Counted from the first letter of the stretch, positions 1 to 10,213 are shown. The stretch: 64,000 nt of DNA from an uncultured delta proteobacterium (GCA_963847445.1 CAWJZV010000017.1:32001-96000), one strand, 5' to 3'. A program made the numbers and translations. Notes: generated from the sequence alone by a model not told the origin.

Positions 1-50
1 AGAGCAGCCGAGATTGGGCTCAGAGCCGAAATTAGTGAGCGACGCCGCCA

Positions 51-731
51 ATGATTCAACAGACTCCCGAAGCGGAACGGTTCAAAGAGCAAATGCGCGA
101 TTCGTTACGGCGCGAGACGATGAACTCTCGCGCTGTGACGATCCCGCGGCACTCGAATGTTTACACCTGCGGCGACCAGGACGAGATGGTCTATTTCATT
201 GAGAGCGGTCAGATCAAACTGCTTATGGTCTCGCCCGAAGGCAAGGAGTGTCTCTTGGCGATCCATGGCAGCGGAGATATTTTCGGCGAGTTGTGCCTAT
301 CCGGATTGGGCGCGCGGCACGAAACCGCGTCGGCGATGAAGGAAACCAAGTTAAAACAAATACCCTGTGCGCAGTTTTTTGCCCGTTTAAGCCGCGACGC
401 GTTGTCGGAGGGATTCGTGCGTTATCTGGCCGTGCGCATTGCCGACCAACAACAAGTCATCGCCAATCTGGTGACGGTGGATAGCGAGCAGCGGCTCGGT
501 AAGACACTGTTACAGTTGGCCCGCACCATGGGCAAGAAGGATCCGCACAGCATTCGCATCGAGTTGAAGATCACCCATGAGGAACTCTCCGAGATGGTCG
601 GCACAACCCGGCCGAGGGTCAGCTTGTTCATGCAGCGGTTTCATAATCTCGGACTGATCGAGACCAACAAAGACCGTTTTTTCATCATCAAAGAAAAGCG
701 ACTCACCGATTACTTGGCGCAGATTGCTTAG
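51..731 (+). CDS. Crp/Fnr family transcriptional regulator
   Basis: cNMP-binding domain (VYFIESGQIKL...GDIFGE) and C-terminal HTH (ITHEELSEMVGTTRPRVS). Confidence 0.92.
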   Translation: MIQQTPEAERFKEQMRDSLRRETMNSRAVTIPRHSNVYTCGDQDEMVYFIESGQIKLLMVSPEGKECLLAIHGSGDIFGELCLSGLGARHETASAMKETKLKQIPCAQFFARLSRDALSEGFVRYLAVRIADQQQVIANLVTVDSEQRLGKTLLQLARTMGKKDPHSIRIELKITHEELSEMVGTTRPRVSLFMQRFHNLGLIETNKDRFFIIKEKRLTDYLAQIA

Positions 732-756
732 CCGGTTGTTCCCGCTAAGTTCCGTC

Positions 757-885
757 CGTCCTTTTGGTCGAAAGGATCGATGGTTGTGCCGAGCGTTCTT
801 TTATCTCCATATGTGATGCGCCGGTAATCCGCATCCAATTGAAAACGGCGCTTTCGCTCCCGCTCCGGTGTGGCATCGATAGTGT
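757..885 (+). promoter_or_regulatory. enhancer + sigma54 promoter cassette copy 1 (degenerate)
   Basis: CGTC-CTTTTG-GTCG-AAAGGAT-CGAT at 757; TGGCATCGATAGTGT at 871 (GT instead of GC at -12). Confidence 0.55.
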
Positions 886-959
886 CGATAGTGCCATAGT
901 GCAGTAGATTGATGACGTAGGATACGAAATCAGCAAACAGCAAACGAGGAGAAACGATT

Positions 960-1310
960 ATGGTTGGATCATCAATGAACAAATCGCCGATGCTTTTACT
1001 GGTCGGCACTCTTATGGTCGCCGGATGCGCTGGCGGATCACTGACAACCCGTGAAAAGGGCGCCGGGATCGGTGCTGTCGGCGGCGCGGTTGCGGGCGGA
1101 CTCATTGGCGCCGCAGTCGGCCATCCAGGCGCCGGGGCGGCGATAGGTGGTGGTTTGGGCTTGGGCGCGGGTGTTTTGGTGGGTGACCAGATGCAGGGCC
1201 AAGGAAACCAGAACTCCACGCAAGACGAGAATATCCGGCAAAACCAACTGGAAATAGATCGTCAGCAAAGGGAGCTTGAGCGGCTGCGAAGAGAGCGCGC
1301 AGAGTATTAA
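960..1310 (+). CDS. glycine-zipper lipoprotein
   Basis: lipobox VAGC, GxxxG zipper, coiled-coil tail, GAGGAG RBS. Confidence 0.85.
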   Translation: MVGSSMNKSPMLLLVGTLMVAGCAGGSLTTREKGAGIGAVGGAVAGGLIGAAVGHPGAGAAIGGGLGLGAGVLVGDQMQGQGNQNSTQDENIRQNQLEIDRQQRELERLRRERAEY

Positions 1311-1519
1311 AGATTTCAGCCGATCCTCAATATCAATGGGAGACTACGATAGGCACGATATGACTATGCTGTCGGTGCATGATCCATCGGTTACGAGACC
1401 ACGGACCTGAACGGCGGCGCCAACTTGCCGATCGTAGCACCACAATAAGAATTTAGCGGCTCATTGCTATCGGCGCCTGTCAGGGCGCTCTCCCTGTATT
1501 ATCGGGTTTTTTACCGGCG

Positions 1520-2668
1520 ATGGAAGTACAGACTCATAGTGACGATACGTCAGAGGTTTCACTCGAGACTGAGGGTGATGCCACGCTCGTCGTGCAACTG
1601 TCAGGCGCCTGGCGACTGCAAAAGAGCGCCGCCTCTGCCGGCCAGGTGCAAAAAGCGCTCGAGAGTTCGCATATTCGCAGGGTTCGCTTCGAGGCAAAAG
1701 CTCTCTCATCTTGGGACAGCAGCATCCTGATGTTTTTGATGAAAGTGATCGAGCTCTGCCGCCAGCAGGACATAGTCACCGAGCGCGAAGGATTGCCGGA
1801 CGGCATTCGCCGTCTGCTTGAACTCGCTGAGATAGCACCGGAGCAGGAAGGCGCCAGACCGGCGGCGGATGCGCAGTCTTTTTTGGCACAGGTCGGTACC
1901 ACCTCGACGGGGTTTTACCTCTCTTTGTCAGAGATGCTGCACTTTCTCGGCGAGGTGACGTTGGCGTTCGTCAAGCTGGTCAGGATGCGGGCGCGCTACC
2001 GGAGCGCCGATCTATTTCTAATTATCCAAGAATGCGGCCCGCAAGCGCTGCCGATCGTCACGCTCATCAGCTTTTTAGTAGGCGTTATCATGGCATTTGT
2101 CGGCGCTGTTCAGCTTCAGCAATTCGGCGCCCAGCTCTATGTGGCGGACCTCGTCGGCATCGCCGTCGTCCGCGATATGGGCGCCATGATGACCGGGATC
2201 ATCATGGCGGGCCGGACCGGCGCCGCGTTCGCAGCCAAGCTCGGCACCATGAAGGTGACTCAGGAAATCGACGCATTGATCACGCTGGGATTCTCACCGC
2301 TGGAATTTTTGGTGTTGCCGCGCGTGATCGCGCTGTGCCTGATGATGCCTTTGTTGTGTCTGTACTCCGACCTGCTGGGAATCCTGGGCGGCGCCGCGGT
2401 GGGGCTGTGGATGCTCGACCTTTCGTGGACCACCTATTACCACCAAACGGTAAATGCGATCAGCCTAACGGCGCTGTTCGGCGGCGTCTTTAAAAGCGTG
2501 ACTTACGGCGTGCTGATCGCTCTTTCGGGATGTCTGCGCGGCATCCAGTGTGGTGGCAGCGCTTCGGCTGTTGGCGAGGCCGCGACTTCCGCCGTGGTCA
2601 CGAGCATCGTCTTCATCGTCGCGGCTTGCGGCGCTTTGTCCGTGATATTTTATATCATTGGGGTTTGA
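1520..2668 (+). CDS. mlaE: MlaE-family ABC permease with N-terminal STAS-like domain
   Basis: RDMGAMMTGIIMAGRTGAAFAAKLGTMKVTQEIDAL motif; SSWDSS STAS-like segment. Confidence 0.92.
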   Translation: MEVQTHSDDTSEVSLETEGDATLVVQLSGAWRLQKSAASAGQVQKALESSHIRRVRFEAKALSSWDSSILMFLMKVIELCRQQDIVTEREGLPDGIRRLLELAEIAPEQEGARPAADAQSFLAQVGTTSTGFYLSLSEMLHFLGEVTLAFVKLVRMRARYRSADLFLIIQECGPQALPIVTLISFLVGVIMAFVGAVQLQQFGAQLYVADLVGIAVVRDMGAMMTGIIMAGRTGAAFAAKLGTMKVTQEIDALITLGFSPLEFLVLPRVIALCLMMPLLCLYSDLLGILGGAAVGLWMLDLSWTTYYHQTVNAISLTALFGGVFKSVTYGVLIALSGCLRGIQCGGSASAVGEAATSAVVTSIVFIVAACGALSVIFYIIGV

Positions 2669-2669
2669 C

Positions 2670-3458
2670 ATGAAGAGTGAAAGTCCAAACGAAATCGCCG
2701 CCGAAGCGCAAATTACCGTGCGCAATCTTACCCTGGCCTATGGCTCCTTCGTCTTGATGCGCGATCTCAACTTTACGGTTAAGCGGGGAGACGTGTTCAT
2801 CATCATGGGCGCTAGCGGCTGTGGCAAGAGCACGTTGCTGCGCAACATGATCGGTCTGATCGAACCGACGGAGGGAGAGATTTTCTACGATAAGGCGAAT
2901 TTTACCCGCGCCGATGCGGAGGCGCGGCGGAGCTTTTTTCGCCGCTTCGGCGTCTTGTATCAAAGCGGTGGTCTTTGGAGTTCCTTGACTCTGGCCGAAA
3001 ACGTCGCGCTGCCGCTGGAAGAATACACCGATCTAAGTCCGGTCGAGATCCGCGAGATCGCGACTTTCAAGCTTGCCCTGGTCGGCCTTAGCGGATTTGA
3101 AGATTATTACCCGTCGCAGATCAGCGGCGGCATGCAGAAACGTCTGGGATTGGCCCGCGCCATCGCGCTCGACCCCGAGGTGCTGTTCTTTGATGAGCCT
3201 TCGGCAGGGCTCGATCCCATCAGTTCGCGCCGGCTCGACGACTTGATCTTGGCTTTGCGCGATAGCATGGGCGCGACGGTGGTTGCAGTAACCCACGAGT
3301 TGCCAAGTATTTTTGCCATCGGCAATAACAGTATTTTTCTCGATGCTGAAAGCAAGACCGCGATCGCGAGCGGCGACCCCAAGGAGCTGCTCGCCCACAG
3401 TCAGAACGCCAAGGTGCGAGAATTTCTCACTCGCGGAGAAGGGCGGCCTGGTGAGTAA
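2670..3458 (+). CDS. mlaF: MlaF-family ABC ATPase
   Basis: Walker A GASGCGKS, signature ISGGMQKR, FFDEPSAGLDP. Confidence 0.93.
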   Translation: MKSESPNEIAAEAQITVRNLTLAYGSFVLMRDLNFTVKRGDVFIIMGASGCGKSTLLRNMIGLIEPTEGEIFYDKANFTRADAEARRSFFRRFGVLYQSGGLWSSLTLAENVALPLEEYTDLSPVEIREIATFKLALVGLSGFEDYYPSQISGGMQKRLGLARAIALDPEVLFFDEPSAGLDPISSRRLDDLILALRDSMGATVVAVTHELPSIFAIGNNSIFLDAESKTAIASGDPKELLAHSQNAKVREFLTRGEGRPGE

Positions 3459-4455
3459 AAAAGCTAATCCGACACTCATCGGAGCCTTCGTGGTCGGCGC
3501 CATCGTTTTGGTTGTTGGCGCGGTCGCGATCATTGGCTCGGGACGGCTGTTCCGCAAAACCCACGAGTTTGTGCTCTACTTCGAAGGCTCGGTAAGCGGC
3601 CTAAGAGAAGGCGCTCCGGTGAAGTACAAGGGCGTCGAAATCGGTTCCATTACCAATATCCTGCTGCAACTCGATGAGCCTGCGGAGGTCAACCGAATTC
3701 CGGTAATTATCAAACTCGATGCCGATAAGGTCAGCGGCCGAGAAGTCGGCGGCAGTCTGACAGACCCGGCCGGGCTCAAGGCAGCAATTGACCGGGGACT
3801 GCGCGGGCAATTGCAGACGGAGAGTATCGTTACCGGTGTGCTGTTCGTGGCGCTCGATCTCGTTCCTGATAGCCCGGCAAAGTTCGTTCAGCCGCCAGGC
3901 TCCCGGTACCAGGAAATCCCCACCATCACGACGACGCTGCAAAAAGCGCAAGATATCCTCGGCCAGCTGCTTACCAAGTTCGATGACGTTGATTTCAAAG
4001 CGCTGCTGACCTCCAGTGCCGACGCAGTTAAGACTCTAGGCGACCTGGTAAAAAACAAAGACCTGCAAGAAGCCTTTGCCGGGGTCAATCGGTTAGTCAA
4101 TATGCCGGAGTTGCATGCGTCCATCCGCTCGCTTGATCAAACCGTGGTTAAAATCAGCCAAGCCGCGGACGGTGTGCAAAAGGTTGCCGGCAGTCTTGAT
4201 CGCAGCGTGGCCACGCTCTCGGTCGATTTGAAAGAGACCCTGACCGGCGTGCGTGACGCGGTCAAGCAGATCCAGGCCACCGTGGCGAACGTAGATGGCT
4301 TCGTCGACCCTAACTCGCCGACCTCTTATGAATTGACCAAGGCTTTGAAAGAGCTTTCCGGCGCGGCACGGTCGCTCAGATTAATGGCCGATTTTCTCGA
4401 ACGAAATCCTCGGGCACTCTTGTTCGGTAGACCGGAAAGCGAGAAGAAACCATGA
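3451..4455 (+). CDS. mlaD: MlaD/MCE-domain protein
   Basis: N-terminal TM, SVSGLREGAPVKYKGVEIG MCE motif, helical tail ending LERNPRALLFG; GTG start overlapping mlaF. Confidence 0.9.
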   Translation: MSKKANPTLIGAFVVGAIVLVVGAVAIIGSGRLFRKTHEFVLYFEGSVSGLREGAPVKYKGVEIGSITNILLQLDEPAEVNRIPVIIKLDADKVSGREVGGSLTDPAGLKAAIDRGLRGQLQTESIVTGVLFVALDLVPDSPAKFVQPPGSRYQEIPTITTTLQKAQDILGQLLTKFDDVDFKALLTSSADAVKTLGDLVKNKDLQEAFAGVNRLVNMPELHASIRSLDQTVVKISQAADGVQKVAGSLDRSVATLSVDLKETLTGVRDAVKQIQATVANVDGFVDPNSPTSYELTKALKELSGAARSLRLMADFLERNPRALLFGRPESEKKP

Positions 4456-5084
4456 GCGGGCGGGTGACACAGGTGCTGGCGATCGTCGCTGTGTGGGTTT
4501 GGTTCGGTGGTTGTGCCGCCTTTACCCCGCGAGCCGATCCGTCGAGTTTTTATATCCTTGGGTCCCTCCCCGAGGCGGACTTCGCGGCAGACAAGAACAC
4601 AGCCGGCATCAAAGCCAATTTTTCCGTAGGACTTGGCCCGATTGAATTACCCGGTTACCTAGACCGCCAACAGATCGCCACACGCACGTCGACGAATCGC
4701 TTGAGCTATTCGGAGACCGATCGTTGGGCCGCGCCGCTGAGCGAAAGCTTCAGCCGGGTTTTGGCGCAAAACATTGCGCAGCTCCTCACCCCCGCGCAAT
4801 TGAGCCAATTCCCCTGGCAGAGTAACGACACACCGGATTATCAGGTGAAGATCGAGGTGCTCCAATTCGAGGCCGACAGCAATCAGCAGGCTTGGCTGAG
4901 GGCGCGCTGGAGCGTGATCGGCAGAAACAAAAAGATTCTGATCAGCCAAAGATCGCAATTGAGTCGGCGCGCTGGATCGCCAGCCACCGAAGATTTCGTC
5001 AAGGCGTTGAGCGAGACCCTCGGGGACCTGAGCCGTGAGATAGTAAAGACTTTGCAGACTTTCGCGAAGCAGGAGAAATCCTAG
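4452..5084 (+). CDS. PqiC-like ABC auxiliary lipoprotein
   Basis: lipobox FGGC; GPIELPGYLDRQQI and DRWAAPL motifs. Confidence 0.88.
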   Translation: MSGRVTQVLAIVAVWVWFGGCAAFTPRADPSSFYILGSLPEADFAADKNTAGIKANFSVGLGPIELPGYLDRQQIATRTSTNRLSYSETDRWAAPLSESFSRVLAQNIAQLLTPAQLSQFPWQSNDTPDYQVKIEVLQFEADSNQQAWLRARWSVIGRNKKILISQRSQLSRRAGSPATEDFVKALSETLGDLSREIVKTLQTFAKQEKS

Positions 5085-5267
5085 ACCCCCAGCCAGTCTG
5101 GAAGAGTTAAATCGGCTTGAAAGTTTTTTCTTGAAATAAGCCCTTGGGAATGAAGTCCAGACTTTGTTGTAAGTGGGCGCAGCTTCACGAATTGAGATCG
5201 CCCCGGTTCGCTTCTTCTAACTGCGCGACTCATGGCAATCGAAGATAGGCGTGGTTTTCTATTGGTC

Positions 5268-5802
5268 CTATGGCAGTTCGAGTCGAACATTCGCGGTGCC
5301 CGAATCTATCATCTCCAAAACTTTCGCCGCCGCCTGCGATAGATCGATGATGCGATCTCCGGCAAAGGGTCCGCGATCGGTAATCTCAACTTCCACCGAT
5401 TTCCCATTGGCTAGATTCGTAACCTTTATCCTGCTACCGAAGGGCAGGCTGGGATGCGCGGCGGTAAGCCCCGCTTGATCATAAATCGTTCCGCTGGCCG
5501 TCTGCTTTCCTTGATGTTGCGCCCCATACCACGAAGCTTCGCCGGTTTGAGGTAATTTCGCAGCCACAGTGGGAGGTTTTTTTGGCGCCGCGCTCGGCGC
5601 AGGTTGGACTACCGACCGAAGTCTTGGGAGCGGTAGGTTGCGCCGGGGTTTCGGCCGGCGCGGCAATTTCCGGCGGACGTTGCAGCAAGGCGCAGCCCTG
5701 AAAAAGCCCAAGACCTAAACAGATTGCGAATAGTCGCAGGCGGCTATCGGAAAAACCCAGGAATACGAATCTGAGCAGCGAAAAAGAGAAATCATTAGCC
5801 AT
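5268..5802 (-). CDS. rlpA: RlpA-family septal ring lytic transglycosylase lipoprotein (one indel)
   Basis: GEASWYG...TASG..YD...LTAAHPSLPFG, ITDRGPF..RIIDLS; signal peptide in a neighbouring frame from ATG 5802. Confidence 0.88.
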
Positions 5803-5983
5803 TGTAATAGATCCACTTCGACCGGTTAGATTTCCTATTGCAATGATTTGAGTTAGCAACCTGTAGTATGGCCTTTTCACCCCGCTTACAAGCGAAACTA
5901 CACTCGGAATCAACGAAACGCCCGACGAACGCAGATACCGGTGTGCCAGCCCGCGCGCTTGGCAATAAATGGTTTTTCACCAT

Positions 5984-5999
5984 TGTTCAGTTTTGGACA
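5984..5999. promoter_or_regulatory. Crp/Fnr-like box
   Basis: TGTT-CAGTTTTG-GACA between divergent rlpA and LapA-like genes; recurs in window. Confidence 0.5.
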
Positions 6000-6087
6000 G
6001 CAACCGCTGCCGAGTCAGCGTAAGAATAGCATCGATAGGTCAAAGGTAAAGTATAGTGGTTGGGGCAAGAGAGAGAAGGATAAACAT

Positions 6088-6438
6088 ATGTTGGTATTAC
6101 TTGTGGCAGTTATCTCCGGGATCGCGATTGCTTACTTTGGAATGCAAAACATTAGCCCCGTTACGATCCGGCTCAATGAATTTGTTTGGAATGACGTCCC
6201 TTTGTATCTGGTGATCGTGGGCTCGTTGTTGGTCGGACTCTTCATGGCAGGGATTCTCTATTTTGCCAGGTCGGTTTCCTCGACGCTGACCATCTATGGA
6301 AAAGATCGCGCGATGAAAAAAACCAAACATACCGTAGCCGATCTGGAACAGCGGGTCCACGACCTCGAAGCGGAAAAGGCGCGACTCAATACCACACGAA
6401 CTTCTACGTCTGAAATCCCGCATCATACGCTGTCGTAA
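6088..6438 (+). CDS. LapA (DUF1049)-family membrane protein
   Basis: two TMs with FGMQN..PV.I and VPLYLVI motifs, coiled-coil tail. Confidence 0.75.
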   Translation: MLVLLVAVISGIAIAYFGMQNISPVTIRLNEFVWNDVPLYLVIVGSLLVGLFMAGILYFARSVSSTLTIYGKDRAMKKTKHTVADLEQRVHDLEAEKARLNTTRTSTSEIPHHTLS

Positions 6439-6621
6439 GGGCAAGCCGGCCTCCGCGCCGATCGCCGCTTTTCCCGAGCGCGCGATAGCTGGTTCGATTA
6501 GAAACAATGATGTAGGGCCTTGCCTGTTTACCCACATCGCACAGAATCCCCTCGCGGAGCGCGGTCCGGCATAGGCCGGTCAACATTAAAATAGCCGGCG
6601 GTGGTTATACCTCGCTGAGTG

Positions 6622-7279
6622 TTACTGGAACCGCGCGCTATCGAGTCGGGCCAAACTCTCCAGCTTATGCACCCGTTCGTCATAACCGATCTGGCGGAAC
6701 AGATCGGCGAGACAAGCCGAACTTTCCGTAGTCCGCTTCGAACGCGCTGTCGAAGGGAACCTGTTCGAGGGCGGGATTCTCCGCAACGTAATTCATATAC
6801 TCGTGCTCGGCGTGATCTTCGAAGTGGGCATTCAGCAGATAGCTCCACCTGGGCCGGATCACATAGAGCAGCCAGGAAATATTGTAGTACAAAAAAGAAA
6901 TCACCTGAGGGATGAACCAGTGATGGAAAAAGCGTTCACGGATTCCGCTCTTATTCTTGAGTTCCTCCAGGATCAGCAGATGCCACTGCTCGTTGTCTTG
7001 TTGAGTCCGGCTCTCTCGGACCCAATCGAAGATGCGCCGGGCAAAAACAGGGTCGGCATGGGCATGGGTAATCGCGATATAGGCGACGTTCTCCCAGGCC
7101 TGGTAAGGCATCCGGGCAATGATCTCCAACACTCTAAATTTGGCAAGAGTTTTCGTGCGTCCGTACAGGAGGTCCATGGAAACGAACAGCAGGCGGGCGA
7201 GCAAACCATAGCGCATCCGTGGCGCGGCCAGGGTGTTTGCTTGCTCCAGCTTGAGCCGCTCAGAGGTTAGTCGCTCCAT
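6622..7279 (-). CDS. alternative-oxidase-like di-iron carboxylate protein (one indel near 3' end)
   Basis: LEIIARMPY, DNEQWHL, FEDHAEHEY, and DERVH in the shifted frame. Confidence 0.75.
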
Positions 7280-7561
7280 CGTCGAATGCGCTCCTTTTCC
7301 GGTGAAATTTTAGACACTTTACTATCCGTGTAGTTTACTTTTGCCGGACTTTAATAGGCTTTTACCCGGTGCTGCGGAAGAAGCTTATCAGGCTTGCGAC
7401 AACAGTGATTCCACAGTCATCGATTTGGCTTCGTAACTGTGTCGTTTTGGCTTTCCGATCTTTTGCTCCTTTCGCCGTCGCAGCAGGAGCCCTAAGAATG
7501 TTTACAAACGTTTTCAGTCAAATCCTAGAGCCGTCAAATAATCGTTGATGCCGGTGTGGTT

Positions 7562-7683
7562 CGACCATTTGGTCGAAGCTCTCGACGCTTGTGACGAGCC
7601 GCAACTGCTCCATCGTGACAGCCTGAATAAATCTAAGGCAAATCCCGTGTGTTTCGCACTGGCGTGTCTGGCACACAACCTGC
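7562..7683 (+). promoter_or_regulatory. enhancer + sigma54 promoter cassette copy 2
   Basis: CGAC-CATTTG-GTCG-AAGCTCT-CGAC-GCTTG-TGACG; TGGCACACAACCTGC at 7669. Confidence 0.8.
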
Positions 7684-7792
7684 TCTTACGTACGACAATG
7701 AGAACAGCGGATTCACTCAAAACTACAAAACTGATCCGCTCGCAGATAACGGCAATTCCTTGCCGCGAAAACAGAAGATAACCGGGGAAACA

Positions 7793-7933
7793 ATGAATTG
7801 TCCGCATTGCCAAAAAGAAGTTGTGCCTGAGTTTTACTGCATAAACTGTGGCTACGTACCACCCAGGATGCACGACCCCGAACCGATTAGTGGCAGCGAA
7901 CTTGAGATCCGCTTGAAACTCATTGAACGGTAA
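7793..7933 (+). CDS. 46-aa zinc-ribbon microprotein
   Basis: MNCPHC...YCINCG, two CxxC; GGGG RBS-like site; downstream of cassette 2. Confidence 0.55.
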   Translation: MNCPHCQKEVVPEFYCINCGYVPPRMHDPEPISGSELEIRLKLIER

Positions 7934-8028
7934 GGCAATAAGCGCGGTCTCCGTGCTGTCTCTGAGTAATGTTATGGGCGTCTGGCTCACCGGTAGATCC
8001 GATCACGCGAAAGAAAGGAATGACTGAC

Positions 8029-8103
8029 ATGAACAATCTGTTTTACATAGTGGGTGTAATTGTGGTGGTGGTTTTCGTTGCCGGGTTTTTAGGGCTCAGG
8101 TAA
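8029..8103 (+). CDS. 24-aa single-TM microprotein MNNLFYIVGVIVVVVFVAGFLGLR
   Basis: AAGGA RBS; paralog at 35142 with similar leader. Confidence 0.75.
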   Translation: MNNLFYIVGVIVVVVFVAGFLGLR

Positions 8104-8303
8104 GCCCAGCGCTTCTAAAGAGGAGCACGATGGTCGCGCGGCTCTCCACGGATGGGAAACCGCTTAATAACTTTGTTATGCGGTTCAGTATTGGACAGTA
8201 GTCTCGGCGATTCATTGTAACTACGCTACACGGCCGACACGCCACCGTTAAGAACAAATTCGCATGAGTAGGTTTCGAGGATTAACGAATTATCAATTCA
8301 GAA

Positions 8304-8907
8304 ATGGAGATACAGATGGAAACGTTAGACACACAAACATGGATCATACTTGCAGCTGTTGTGGCCCTAGGATTGGTTGCACTTGGGGCCTGGTTCTTCT
8401 ACCAAAAAAAGCAATCCCATAAGCTGCAAGAACGCTTCGGCCCGGAATACGGCCGAACCGTCAACGAATTAGGCAGTCGAACCAAGGGCGAGTCGGATCT
8501 CAAGGCGCGCGAAAAGCGCGTCGAACGCCTCGATATCCTTGCTTTGGCACCGTCGGAAGCCGCCAGATTCACTGACGGCCTGGCAAGCATTACAGAGCCG
8601 ATTCGTCGATAACCCCAAGGGAGTGGTCGTGCAAGCGGAACAGCTGGTTCGTGAGTTGATGGAGAAGCGCGGTTACCCCATGGGTGATTTCGAGCGCCGT
8701 GCGGGCGACATTTCAGTCGACCATCCTGACGTTGTGGCAAATTACCGATCGGCGCAGGCCATCGCGGTGCGCGATCGGCAGGGCTCGGCGGACACCGAGG
8801 AGCTGCGCAAAGCGGTTGTCCATTATCGCGCGCTGTTCGATGAACTGCTCGAGGTGAGGGAAGCGAGGCAGGAGATTATCGCTGAGAAGCGCGTCGCGGC
8901 GCTATGA
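8304..8907 (+). CDS. membrane-anchored hypothetical protein (one indel near 8575)
   Basis: N-terminal TM, LQERFGPEY, continuing as FVDNP...RGYP...LRKAVVHYRALFDELL in next frame. Confidence 0.75.
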
Positions 8908-8937
8908 TCAATTGGCGACCGTGAGGAATAAAACCAA

Positions 8938-9132
8938 ATGGAACGAATTCACAAGAAAAATGAAATCGTCGGCAACTCCGGCAAGAGTTTTGGCGAAGAC
9001 AGCCAATATCCCGTGGCGAAGGCTAGCGAGTCACAACCCCCTATAGACTGGTTCAAAATGGCCGAGCAGTCCATGCTGTTGTCCCGATTGCTGACAAATC
9101 AAAGAGGAAGATTAAATGGAACGAACTTATAA
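8938..9132 (+). pseudogene. degenerate dodecin duplicate
   Basis: MERIHKKNEIVGNSGKSFGE...IDWF parallels the intact dodecin downstream, then diverges. Confidence 0.6.
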
Positions 9133-9331
9133 GAAAATTGAAATCGTCGGCATCTCTGAAACCAGTTTTGGCGAGGCCACGCAAAACGCCGTGGCCAAGG
9201 CCTGTCAGTCACTGCGCCATGTGGACTGGTTCGAAGTGACGGAAATGCGCGGGCTGGTTGAAAAGGACAAAGTCAAAGAATTTCAGGTCACCGTCAAGAT
9301 CGGGTTTCGGCTTGAAGATCAGCCGGCTTGA
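9116..9331 (+). CDS. dodecin (flavin-binding)
   Basis: YKKIEIVGIS..SF..A..NAV, WFEV, FQVTVKIGFRL. Confidence 0.92.
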   Translation: MERTYKKIEIVGISETSFGEATQNAVAKACQSLRHVDWFEVTEMRGLVEKDKVKEFQVTVKIGFRLEDQPA

Positions 9332-9369
9332 GCCCTAACGCGCCACAGCCAGGGGCAGAGGGGATTCTA

Positions 9370-9591
9370 ATGTCGGAGAGAAACGAGACGTTTGTCGAAC
9401 GCTGCCGTGCGGCGATCGTCACGATTGCTGATTCGGCGGAGCTGGAACGGTATCTACGCGCAGCGGTGGCCGAGGAGTTTCCGCTGGTCAAGCCGGGCTT
9501 TAGCGCGAGCGAGCCAATGCCGATGTTACCACAGGCTCTCCGTGCATTACCTGAAGAAACTCTTCCTGGAGGAAATTATGCCGCAGATTAA
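9370..9591 (+). CDS. small hypothetical protein
   Basis: GAGGGG RBS and ATG; fills gap between dodecin and mlaC. Confidence 0.4.
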   Translation: MSERNETFVERCRAAIVTIADSAELERYLRAAVAEEFPLVKPGFSASEPMPMLPQALRALPEETLPGGNYAAD

Positions 9592-10213
9592 TTCGACTCC
9601 TGGGATAGCAAACGTTCAGCGGAGTAGGGTTAGCGCGTTTGGCATTTTAGCCTTGTGGGCGTGCATTCTGCTGCCCGCGCCATCGCGCGCGGGCGACCCT
9701 ACTGAACAAGTGCGGAGCACAGTGGACAAGGTGCTGACCATTGTCAGGAATTCCCAGCCAACATCGAAAGCTCAATCGGAAGCGCAGCGGGCTCAATTGG
9801 TCGAGGTGATTTATCCCAGATTCGATTTTACGGAAATGGCCAAACGCTCGCTGGGCCGTCACTGGGCAGGCCGCACGCCGGAGGAGCAGAGCGAATTCGT
9901 CATAGTTTTCGCCGCGCTGATGGGCCGATCTTACGCCGATAATATAGAATCCGCTGCCAGTCCAAGTGTCCGCTACACGCGCGAAAGCGAAGATCGGAAC
10001 TATGCCCAAGTGGACACCGAGATCGTCACCGACAAGCGCCCGCCGGTAAGCATCAATTACAAACTCCACAGCGTCGATAAGCAGTGGAAAATCTATGACC
10101 TAGTGATCGAAGATATCAGCGTGGTCAACAACTACCGGTCGCAGTTCGATCGGGTCATCGAACGATCGTCTTTCGCGGAACTCGTGCGTTCGATGAAGGA
10201 AAAACAATCGTAG
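9578..10213 (+). CDS. mlaC: MlaC/Ttg2D phospholipid-binding protein
   Basis: FDFTEMAKRSLGRHW, WKIYDLVIEDISVVNNYRSQF; GGAGG RBS. Confidence 0.9.
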   Translation: MPQINSTPGIANVQRSRVSAFGILALWACILLPAPSRAGDPTEQVRSTVDKVLTIVRNSQPTSKAQSEAQRAQLVEVIYPRFDFTEMAKRSLGRHWAGRTPEEQSEFVIVFAALMGRSYADNIESAASPSVRYTRESEDRNYAQVDTEIVTDKRPPVSINYKLHSVDKQWKIYDLVIEDISVVNNYRSQFDRVIERSSFAELVRSMKEKQS

